IMG/VR virus record: IMGVR_UViG_3300045988_176682
Length of the DNA stretch: 64,000 bases
Strand: one strand, 5' to 3'
Source of the DNA: a virus
In this document: piece by piece, positions 55,703 through 64,000 of the stretch
Layout: every line of letters starts with the position of its first letter
Numbering within the stretch: the first letter of the stretch is position 1
Position numbers and translations under genes: made by a program
Notes under the pieces: model-generated
The model's database searches: none
What the model was told of the DNA's origin: nothing
What the model saw: the letters and a program-made list of their open reading frames with translations, nothing else

Positions 55703-58378
55703 ATGCAGCAACCACAACCAGTACCGTCTTTATTAGTCGATGCCAGAAATTATCATACGATATTCCCGGCTTTAATTGAGAAAATAAAAAACGCTCCCTA
55801 TTGCGGGATTGATATTGAAACTCATAATGGAAAGGCCCACGATGGCATTAAACTTTACAATAAGCAGAAGGGTAAAAATGCGTTTGATATACGGCGCACT
55901 GTTATCACTGGAATTTCTTTTTACCCCAAAGGAGATACTTGTGCTTACTATGTTAATCTTAATCAGCTTGATAAAGATAACAGACTTCCTATTGAAGCCG
56001 TAAAACAACTTCTTGTATCTAAGTTATGGATTATTCATAATGCTAAGTTCGAATTAACGATGTTGATGGCCGTTTATGGTATTGACCTCTCCTCTTATAT
56101 TTGCACTTATCAATTAGCGGTTTCAGCATTTGGGCCGGACAATTACGATATTGGAAAATTCTGTGCCACTCCTTTGGGAGAAATCGGGAAACTTTTACCG
56201 GAAATTTCCCGAACCTTTGAAAATTATGATATTAATAAACAACCCACACCGGCGCAGGCAGAATTGATAGGAAAAGTTTGTGGAAAATCCTCGGATGCCG
56301 CTCACTCTTACAATGGCTGGGTAAAAGAGATTGCCTATGGTTATGGTTTGAAAAAGCTTGTTAAAAGCCTGTTTAATTATGATATGGAACACTATGATGA
56401 ATGTTTAATGTCCTCAAACTATGCCAAACAGCGTGATTTTATTATGAAGAGTAAAGACCCCCAAATCAAAACTCTTCAACCATACTTTGAGGAAGAACCA
56501 CACATGGGCCATTTAACTGGAGAAGAAGTTGTTTCTTATGGTGCCGATGACAGCTATTGGTGTGTTCAAGTTTATGAGTGGTTACTTGAGTTTATTTTAG
56601 CTAACTCCCCGGAAGTTATTCCTACATTCCTTAATCAGGAAAATCCTATGGCTAAAATCTTCTCTAAGATTACTCTCGGGGGATTGAGAATTAATGAGGA
56701 AAACGTATATAAAAAGAGGGACGAGGAACGGGTTAATCTTGCCCATACTCTGAGAGATATAAAAAAGCATATAAGGGAGCTTCTTCCATTCAAATGTAAT
56801 GAATATCCTGAAACTTTGATGAAGTCAGAAACCTGGTACAGTAAAGACCCTGAAAAATACCGGCAGAAGATTAGAGAATTTGCTTATTCTCCGGACTTTG
56901 ATGATTCTCCGGAAGGGATAAAAAACCAAATTTATCAAGTGAACGGAGGAGCGGCTAATTCTTATGGGGAAGATAACAAGACTGGCATAATTAACTTGTC
57001 CCATTATATGCCGCAAAGGGTTCTTTTTTATGACCTGATGGGTTTTAAGGGTATTAGGAGTAAAGGAAAGTTACAGTCGGATAAGAATGCCAGAGGTAAA
57101 ATGATTGAAGAGTGTGAGAAAGATTCTCCTCAACATCTTATCTTAGAATGCTTAAATAAGATTTCTCAGGTTGACCAAGTTTGTAAACTTTACCTTAACC
57201 CTTACTTACTCTTGATTGACCCCGAGACCAAAAGAGTTTATCCAGACATCGGCTCCGACCTCGCTACCCGTCGTATGTCAATGTCTAACCCGAACGGTCA
57301 ACAGCTGGCCAAAGGCGGAGACTCTTCTTATATTCGAGGATTCTATCTTCCTGACAGAGATGACCATGTTATTATGTCATCCGACTGGTCAAATATGGAG
57401 TTGGTAATCCCGGCAGAACTTTCTGGAGACCCGGAGTTCTTAAAATGCTTCGGACAGATACCTTATGAAGACTTACATGCCATTGCCGCGGCAGCGATGT
57501 TAGAGCTTACTGATGAAGAGTTTGCCTCATTAAAGGACCTTCCGGAAGATGTTGATAACATCCGAGGAATCCATTTTAAGAACGAGAGAGGTGAAACATT
57601 GAAACCGAAAGATTTCTGGAAATGGGCAAGAAAGAACCTCGGGAAAGGTGCTAACTTCTCCTACGCTTTCTCCGGAGCCCTGTCTAATCTTCAAGAAAAA
57701 CTGGGTTGGAGTGATGAATATCATTGGGCCAAGGTAGAAGCTTACCGGAACCGTTTTAACGTGTTTGAGGAATGGAGACTGGGTATCATTGCTGATGCCA
57801 AAGCCCAAGGCTTTGTCCAACTCCCTGACGGTCATAAAAGATACCGGTTTGAGGCTACTCAGATGTGGAGGCAGATAATGACAGATAAGTTTTTAGCAAC
57901 CTATGATTCACCCGGCGTTAGAAATTTCTTACAAAAATTCCTGAAATTAACGCAAACTAGGGCAAATAACCAGGCGGTTAACGCTTTGGTGCAAGGTACC
58001 GCAGCGGCGCTGACCAAGAGAAGTATGATAAGGTTATCAGAAGAGATTACTAAACGGGGATGGGATGACGGAAGAGTTAGAATTATGATGCCTATCCATG
58101 ATGAAATTGTGGCTTCTGTACATAAAGATCTTGTTCTTGAATATCGTAAATTGATTAGACAGGTTATGTGTGAACAACCGTGGCTTTTCCACAAGGTTAT
58201 TCTTAACTGTTCAGTCAGTATGGGAAGAACTTTCGAACCCTTTAATCTTGAGAAAGCTCCTCTCGGTCAAATTGAGTTGGACGAGGCTCCTCATGTTGAC
58301 TTTATCGACCAGAAGTTTTGGGGTAAATCAATGGATGATGAAGCTGTCAAAAGATGCCTTGACTATCTTTTTGAATAA
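55703..58378 (+). CDS. polA: DNA polymerase I (family A) with 3'-5' exonuclease domain
   Basis: Exo I YCGIDIETHN. Motif A DWSNMELVIPAE. Motif B RKNLGKGANFSYAFSG. Motif C IHDEIVAS. Confidence 0.85.
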   Translation: MQQPQPVPSLLVDARNYHTIFPALIEKIKNAPYCGIDIETHNGKAHDGIKLYNKQKGKNAFDIRRTVITGISFYPKGDTCAYYVNLNQLDKDNRLPIEAVKQLLVSKLWIIHNAKFELTMLMAVYGIDLSSYICTYQLAVSAFGPDNYDIGKFCATPLGEIGKLLPEISRTFENYDINKQPTPAQAELIGKVCGKSSDAAHSYNGWVKEIAYGYGLKKLVKSLFNYDMEHYDECLMSSNYAKQRDFIMKSKDPQIKTLQPYFEEEPHMGHLTGEEVVSYGADDSYWCVQVYEWLLEFILANSPEVIPTFLNQENPMAKIFSKITLGGLRINEENVYKKRDEERVNLAHTLRDIKKHIRELLPFKCNEYPETLMKSETWYSKDPEKYRQKIREFAYSPDFDDSPEGIKNQIYQVNGGAANSYGEDNKTGIINLSHYMPQRVLFYDLMGFKGIRSKGKLQSDKNARGKMIEECEKDSPQHLILECLNKISQVDQVCKLYLNPYLLLIDPETKRVYPDIGSDLATRRMSMSNPNGQQLAKGGDSSYIRGFYLPDRDDHVIMSSDWSNMELVIPAELSGDPEFLKCFGQIPYEDLHAIAAAAMLELTDEEFASLKDLPEDVDNIRGIHFKNERGETLKPKDFWKWARKNLGKGANFSYAFSGALSNLQEKLGWSDEYHWAKVEAYRNRFNVFEEWRLGIIADAKAQGFVQLPDGHKRYRFEATQMWRQIMTDKFLATYDSPGVRNFLQKFLKLTQTRANNQAVNALVQGTAAALTKRSMIRLSEEITKRGWDDGRVRIMMPIHDEIVASVHKDLVLEYRKLIRQVMCEQPWLFHKVILNCSVSMGRTFEPFNLEKAPLGQIELDEAPHVDFIDQKFWGKSMDDEAVKRCLDYLFE

Positions 58379-58424
58379 ACATAATATGGAAGTAGTTTTT
58401 AATTATGTGTCGGGATAAAAACTC

Positions 58425-61136
58425 ATGCAAACTCTACTTCCTTCTGGCCCTGTTAAATCACAGTACACCGGAGACGGTACTAAAACCGTATTCGAGTTTA
58501 ATGTAGATATTACGGACAATTCTGTTATCCGAGTCTATTTGAACAACGTCGAAAGTTCTTCCGGATGGACTTACAGTGAAGAAGGAAAGTCTGTTACTTT
58601 CACCACCGCCCCTGCTGCCGGGACCAGTATCGTTATAATGCGATACGCCCCGGCAGCTTATACTGAAAGCATTACCGACAAAGGTATAATTTCCCCGGAA
58701 ACTTTAGATAATATGGCTGTCGAGCTGACGGCTCAGATTCAGACTCTGGAAGAGAAACTGTCTCGGGCTCCGGTATTTCCTGTCGATACCGACAGAACCG
58801 GAGAAGAGATATATAATGACTTCAAACAAATGGAAAGTTCCACGGTTTCTGCCGCGGCAGAAAGCACCGCTGCGGTACAAGATGTTAAGGAATTAAGGGA
58901 TGAATCTCTTAATAGCCTTAATACCGCTGTTGAGACCGCCAAACAAACTATCGGAAGTTATACTAACAACATGGTCGGCACCGTTGAAGACGCTACTGCC
59001 GGCTATATTAACCAAGCCAAAACTTGGGCTACCGGAGAGATTGATGAGGTAGCCGAAATCCAACCGGGAGAACGGTCATCTCGAGGTTATGCTGATGTTT
59101 CTGCGGCTTATGCCAGTACTCCGGAAGATGTTCCGATTGAGGACAGCGATATATTGGCCTTGGAAATATTTAAAGGAGATAAGGGTGACCCAGGAAATGA
59201 CGGTCTCCCTGGAGGAGGCTGGGAACTTTTTGACCATAAGTCTTCTGACCACCTCATTAACAACTATGGCTGGGTTCGTTCTAATCTTCAATGGTGTTAT
59301 GGCTCTATGTATCAGAGCGGTTATAATCACCTTATAGAGACCTCTGATGCGATTGCTTATACTAAAAAATATTATCAAGTTAATAACGGGTCTGTTAAGT
59401 ATTTAATTAATTATACTAAGACCCAGTTACAGGCTTTAGTAGATGATATAAGAGTATCTGAAAAAGAGAAAGTAGTTGCCTTATATACTTATCAGAATAA
59501 CTCGGGTCCTCTTCCGGTAGTTTATCAATATAATAAAGCAAGAGATATTCTTAATGATGCCAATTTTACATGGCCTAACGGAAGCACAGAAACTTTTACC
59601 AGAAGTACAAAATATTCCGAAATAAGCTATCTGGACCGGTACAAGGACGGGTATAATTTTACCAATCAAAAGGCTATGATAAAAAGGAACGGTTGGACAA
59701 GGTTTGGTACTACCAGTATCATAACCTTACCGATAGGGGTACCACAAGCAACCGGTACTAATGATAACTGGACTTTCTTTACCCATTTCAAAACCGGGTC
59801 TAATATTAGTGCCAGACAGGTTATCTTAAATATGCAATATAACGGAACCGCAGATTATGGGCTTATTTTAGATATTTATTCCTCAAAAATTAACATATAT
59901 GTTTCAAGCGACGGAACTTCATGGGATGTTATCAGTAACGTATCAGGTACCACTACTTTAACAATTAATACTGAATATTACCTGAAATTAGAAAGATATT
60001 ATGTAGCCAGGGGTAATGCCGGCTATCGGGTTTACTTGTCTCGGGATGGGGTTACTTGGTCTACTGAGATAAATCAAGTAAAAGATGCTGGTATCTTGGC
60101 CGGTAATAAGCCCGGTACTGTTGTTATTGGTAATAAGACCTCAGATATGGCTAGATATTTCAGAGGATATATTGATTTAAGCGAGAGCAGGTTTGAACAT
60201 AAACTTCCCCAATATAACTGGGAACCCTATCATTGGGTGGATATTAATTATTACCGAAATTCCGAGGGAAGAAAAATTTGCTCATCCGGACAAGAGGATA
60301 ATCTTCGTAAAGTTATCCAATTAAGCGGACAGGCATGGTATTATATTCTCGACCGAAGTAATGAGAGATTTAAACTCCCTTATTCCGAAAACTTCGAACG
60401 GTTTGGTACTAAAAATATCGGAAATTACCAGGAAGATATGTCTCAGGATTTTGCTGTATTTTGGGAAGGTTCAGATGATAATTATACTAGGTATCCTGAT
60501 ATGATAAACCTTTCCGGAAATATTATTTTCCCGGAAAGGAATTATGCCGGTATAGATGAATTTGGACCTTATACCAGTAATGAGGCTACCACTTGGGACC
60601 GTCTCGAAGGCAGGATGTCTAATAAGTATAATGCCGGAGACCAGGTATCTCCTCGAGCAACTTTATTTTATCTCTATTTCTATCTTGGAGAAGTTGCTGC
60701 TTCTTCGGCCAGTGTTGACCTGAACGGATTAAGTGAAACTGTTGCTGATAAAATGGATAATGATTTCGGGAACGCAACCATAGGGTTCGACCCGGTAATT
60801 GATTATTATCCTAAGACAGATGCCGAGAAAACAGCTGAATCCAATGCCGGAACTTACAGATGGTGGAGAAAATACAGGAGTGGTTGGATTGAACAGGGAG
60901 GATTTATTGATACTGTATCAGAAAACTCTACGGCTACGATTGAGTTTTTAAAAAATTTCAATAATAAAAAATACTTTGTCTCTTTATTGGAAGTAAAAAA
61001 CAAAGATACTTCAAACAACGGCTCAACTAACGCGAACGCTATTTCTCAACAAGATACATACCGTATGGTTATTATTACCTATTCTTGGGACAATGGTCGT
61101 TTATGGGAAGCAAAAGGATGGGGAGCTGATGAATAA
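58425..61136 (+). CDS. Tail fibre-like protein: T7 gp17-type N-terminal domain, collagen-like segment, LamG/ConA-like domain
   Basis: N-terminal QYTGDGTKTVFEF...VYLNNV...VTF...IVIMR. GDKGDPGNDGLPGGG. YFRGYIDLSE. Confidence 0.55.
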   Translation: MQTLLPSGPVKSQYTGDGTKTVFEFNVDITDNSVIRVYLNNVESSSGWTYSEEGKSVTFTTAPAAGTSIVIMRYAPAAYTESITDKGIISPETLDNMAVELTAQIQTLEEKLSRAPVFPVDTDRTGEEIYNDFKQMESSTVSAAAESTAAVQDVKELRDESLNSLNTAVETAKQTIGSYTNNMVGTVEDATAGYINQAKTWATGEIDEVAEIQPGERSSRGYADVSAAYASTPEDVPIEDSDILALEIFKGDKGDPGNDGLPGGGWELFDHKSSDHLINNYGWVRSNLQWCYGSMYQSGYNHLIETSDAIAYTKKYYQVNNGSVKYLINYTKTQLQALVDDIRVSEKEKVVALYTYQNNSGPLPVVYQYNKARDILNDANFTWPNGSTETFTRSTKYSEISYLDRYKDGYNFTNQKAMIKRNGWTRFGTTSIITLPIGVPQATGTNDNWTFFTHFKTGSNISARQVILNMQYNGTADYGLILDIYSSKINIYVSSDGTSWDVISNVSGTTTLTINTEYYLKLERYYVARGNAGYRVYLSRDGVTWSTEINQVKDAGILAGNKPGTVVIGNKTSDMARYFRGYIDLSESRFEHKLPQYNWEPYHWVDINYYRNSEGRKICSSGQEDNLRKVIQLSGQAWYYILDRSNERFKLPYSENFERFGTKNIGNYQEDMSQDFAVFWEGSDDNYTRYPDMINLSGNIIFPERNYAGIDEFGPYTSNEATTWDRLEGRMSNKYNAGDQVSPRATLFYLYFYLGEVAASSASVDLNGLSETVADKMDNDFGNATIGFDPVIDYYPKTDAEKTAESNAGTYRWWRKYRSGWIEQGGFIDTVSENSTATIEFLKNFNNKKYFVSLLEVKNKDTSNNGSTNANAISQQDTYRMVIITYSWDNGRLWEAKGWGADE

Positions 61137-61768
61137 TGACAGAAGAAATTAGATACAGTGCACTTCACTATGCTGCGAAATCAAAAAGTTCCGCAGATGC
61201 CGCAGCCGCGTCGGCATCTCATTGCGACCAGGTTGCCGCTGACTTCGATGTTAATGCAGCTCAAAAAACTTCAGATTTTGATGCAAACGCGGCTGCCAAG
61301 ACAACAACTTTTAACAATAATGCACAAACCAAGACAAATGAATATAATGCTAACCACAATGATAAGTTAGCCATTATTCAAGGTAAAGTGACCGAGTCCC
61401 AAACTTGGGCAACCCGTTCCGAAAATGCTGCCCATACCACTTTAAGAGATGTTGTCCCTCTTGGAAGCCTCGCTGCGGACAGTACCACTACTTTGGCTGA
61501 AAATAATGTGTATTCTGCTACTATCCCTGCCGCAGGAAATTATAGTTTTGCTCTCAGCATTACCAATACTTCTCCGGCTTATCATGTGCAGATAAAATTA
61601 TTCCTGACAGTTGTCCCGTCAGCGCCGATTATCTCTTGGGGATGTGACAAGTTTTTTAATGGAGCAGAACCCGACATTGAGGCCGGTAACTATGTTATTT
61701 ACTGGGATTACGATAATCTTACCCAGCAATGGGTTTGTGGCGGTATGCCCTATTCTGTAGCCGATTAG
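61136..61768 (+). CDS. Hypothetical protein with Ala/Asn-rich repeats
   Basis: 210-aa ORF, ATGA-coupled to the fibre gene. Confidence 0.5.
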   Translation: MTEEIRYSALHYAAKSKSSADAAAASASHCDQVAADFDVNAAQKTSDFDANAAAKTTTFNNNAQTKTNEYNANHNDKLAIIQGKVTESQTWATRSENAAHTTLRDVVPLGSLAADSTTTLAENNVYSATIPAAGNYSFALSITNTSPAYHVQIKLFLTVVPSAPIISWGCDKFFNGAEPDIEAGNYVIYWDYDNLTQQWVCGGMPYSVAD

Positions 61769-61778
61769 GAGAAAGAAA

Positions 61779-62552
61779 GTGGCTGATGAAAAACTTATAC
61801 GATACAGTCATGACCTTTTAGGAGGAAAAGTTCCGTTCGAGCCGGTTACTTTTGGTGCTGCAGCTTTTTTTCAGGAATGGGAAGTCCCTCCTGGGCACCG
61901 AAAGATAAGAGTAGACATCGTGGGAGGTAAAGGTTACGGTGGAGAATCGGGAAGTTCAGCTCCCTCAGGAGGCTATGGCGGGCGAGTAACATGTGTCTTG
62001 GAAGTAAAGCCAAGACAAAAACTTTATATTTGGGCCGGAAGAGTTCCAACATCCTTAACTGAGGTTTATGATAACTCAGCCCATATTAATACATCAACAT
62101 CTAATTCTAAAGACACTATTTTAGTTATTGCCGGTGGGGGGGGCTCGGTAGGGTCCGGAAATAATGTTACTCCAGGCGGGGCTGGCGGAGGAACTACCGG
62201 AGCCGCAGGTAAAGATGCAGGTTGTTCAGGCGGGGGAAAAGGTGGAACACAAACCGCTGGTGGGGCTGGCGGACAATATATTACTTGGACTTCTCAACAA
62301 GTTGCCGCCGGTTCGGCAGGAACATTTTTAAAGGGAGGAGCTCCCGGAAGTAATCGTGGAGTTGGCGGGGCTGGCGGCGCTGGCTGGTATGGTGGCGGTG
62401 GCGGTGCCGGTGGGTTTACTAAATCAGCCGGAACGTATGGCGGCGGAGGCGGAGGAGGTTCTTCTTATACTCATCCTACACTTTGCAGTGAAGTAACCCA
62501 CTATCAGGGATATAGAAGTTATAGTGGATATGTAAAAATTTCGATGTATTAG
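61779..62552 (+). CDS. Glycine-rich protein (fibre/host-range module paralogue 1); contains a G8 tract
   Basis: Long GGxGGxG runs. N- and C-termini paralogous to 62559..63962. G8 at 62136-62143. Confidence 0.55.
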   Translation: MADEKLIRYSHDLLGGKVPFEPVTFGAAAFFQEWEVPPGHRKIRVDIVGGKGYGGESGSSAPSGGYGGRVTCVLEVKPRQKLYIWAGRVPTSLTEVYDNSAHINTSTSNSKDTILVIAGGGGSVGSGNNVTPGGAGGGTTGAAGKDAGCSGGGKGGTQTAGGAGGQYITWTSQQVAAGSAGTFLKGGAPGSNRGVGGAGGAGWYGGGGGAGGFTKSAGTYGGGGGGGSSYTHPTLCSEVTHYQGYRSYSGYVKISMY

Positions 62553-62558
62553 GAGAAA

Positions 62559-63962
62559 ATGATGACCGAAGAAACAATTCTCGATAAAGCGAAGGGGGGG
62601 GGTGACTGGGACGAACCTCTAATTTATTATAGTTATGAATTATTAGCAGGCAGTTATAGTACTGACCCCATCACTTTCCGACCGGCAAGCAACAATGTTC
62701 CGGTATTATTTAAAGTCCCAGGAGCGTGCAAATATCTAAAGGTAGATTGTGTAGGCGCTACCGGAGGAGGAAATAGCGGCGGCGCTGGTGGACGGGTACA
62801 GTGTATATTAGATGTAAGAGAGAATAAAAGATTATATATCTTTGCCGGGAAATCTCATGGAACTTCTTATGATTCCAGAGTCTATGATGCTTCTCATATT
62901 AGTACATCTTACAGCTATAATGAAGGAAACACGTCGGCTCTTAACCAGAGGTTAGTGGTAGCCGGAGCGGGAGGAAATCGTTATCAAGGTTATGGTGCCG
63001 GTGCCGGAGGAGGTCTGACCGGTGGTACCGCAGCCGGAGATATTATCCATCCCGGTTATGGTGGAACACAAACAGCTGGCGGAGCCCCCTCACATAATAT
63101 TCGAGGGAGTATTCGAGGCACGCCTAATTTCGGAAATGCCGGAGTATTTGGATATGGCGGCTCGGGACCTTATCCGGGCGGGGCTGGCTGGTATGGCGGA
63201 GGTTCGGGAGGTACTTGTTATGTATCTAAAGCTGGTACACAATGGGCCGGCGCTGGTGGAGGTTCCTCTTATACAAAATCAGGCTTATGTAAGGAGGTAG
63301 TCCATACGCAAGGATATAACAAGAACGGTAACGGATGGGTTACGATACAATGTTTGAGGGGGGGGGTAACTATTCCTAATTTCGAGGTTGTTGGTTCTCC
63401 GACGATTGATGAAAATTATAATGTTAGTGGTTTTAGTTTAAATGATTATGTAAAAATAGGCCTAAATAAATCTGTAACTACTAAGAATCTTGAGATACAA
63501 CTTAAGATTACTACACCTAAAACATGGACTATATCTGGTTATGAAGATTTTATAGCATATGCTGGAGATAATTATAAAAAAGGTTTAATAGATATAAATA
63601 TTTATTCAGCGAATAACCCCTATGTTTCAGCAGGTTTTCATACAGATACAGATACTTTTTCTATTAAGGTATTAAAAGTAATAGAATTAAATAAAACTTA
63701 TTGGTTTAAAATTACATATGATGGAAAAATTTTTAGGGGATATAATTCTTTAGATGGTAAAATTTGGAATTTATATGAAGAAAAAATTTATAGTGAAAAC
63801 GAAGAAAAGGATATATCTATCGAAAAACAAACTTATTATGTAGGACTTTGGAATCCAGATAGAGGCACTGATAGAAGTGTTTTCCCTGGAACAATACATT
63901 TATCAGAATCTTATATTAAAGCAAATGGAGAAATTTTATGGGCGAGTACAACAAAGACATAG
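62559..63962 (+). CDS. Glycine-rich protein with C-terminal LamG-like domain (paralogue 2); contains two G9 tracts
   Basis: G9 at 62594-62602 (codon 12-14) and 63358-63366. AT-rich C-terminal domain resembles the LamG-like part of the 903-aa protein. Confidence 0.55.
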   Translation: MMTEETILDKAKGGGDWDEPLIYYSYELLAGSYSTDPITFRPASNNVPVLFKVPGACKYLKVDCVGATGGGNSGGAGGRVQCILDVRENKRLYIFAGKSHGTSYDSRVYDASHISTSYSYNEGNTSALNQRLVVAGAGGNRYQGYGAGAGGGLTGGTAAGDIIHPGYGGTQTAGGAPSHNIRGSIRGTPNFGNAGVFGYGGSGPYPGGAGWYGGGSGGTCYVSKAGTQWAGAGGGSSYTKSGLCKEVVHTQGYNKNGNGWVTIQCLRGGVTIPNFEVVGSPTIDENYNVSGFSLNDYVKIGLNKSVTTKNLEIQLKITTPKTWTISGYEDFIAYAGDNYKKGLIDINIYSANNPYVSAGFHTDTDTFSIKVLKVIELNKTYWFKITYDGKIFRGYNSLDGKIWNLYEEKIYSENEEKDISIEKQTYYVGLWNPDRGTDRSVFPGTIHLSESYIKANGEILWASTTKT

Positions 63963-64000
63963 AAGTAGATTATGTAAAACTTGAAGATGGGATGCTTCAA

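Noticed and set aside
1-64000. tRNA genes and integrase/attachment site
   Set aside because: No cloverleaf-compatible GTTC...GAAC tRNA-like segments and no tyrosine/serine recombinase signatures were seen in any frame. Absence cannot be proven without tRNAscan or profile searches.

Overview
This window reads as about 64 kb of a tailed dsDNA phage or prophage genome with low GC. It has two oppositely oriented arms that diverge from a control region at about 29.6-29.95 kb. The minus-strand arm (0.5-29.6 kb) is a lambda-like siphovirus late module: large terminase (GpA-type with zinc finger), portal, protease/scaffold, decoration protein, major capsid, head-tail proteins, major tail protein, a G/GT chaperone pair with a U7 -1 frameshift site, a 1551-aa tape measure, gpM/L/K/I/J homologues, several tail fibres (one with a phage tail-collar C-terminus), an M15 peptidase endolysin and nested Rz/Rz1-type spanins. 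The spanins argue for a Gram-negative host. The plus-strand arm (29.9-64 kb) is an early/replication and accessory region. It contains an HTH regulator, a Prim-Pol/SF3-helicase primase, two DnaA-C-like HTH paralogues, a 3x88-bp perfect tandem repeat array, an HNH endonuclease, a DEDDh exonuclease, an SNF2-type helicase, a FEN-type 5'-3' exonuclease, a family A DNA polymerase and many small ORFs. These include two DUF2829 (Tad2-like) genes, a truncated gamma-class N6-adenine MTase fragment, and a small phage Dam-like methyltransferase interrupted at its NPPF catalytic motif by a full LAGLIDADG intein. The plus arm ends in a second fibre locus: a protein with a T7-tail-fibre-like N-terminus, a collagen-like stretch and a LamG-like domain, followed by paralogous glycine-rich proteins carrying G8-G9 homopolymer tracts that could act as phase-variation switches. 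A GapR (DUF2312) homologue at the left end hints at an alphaproteobacterial host; this is inference only. No tRNA, rRNA, CRISPR array, integrase or small terminase was recognised in the window.
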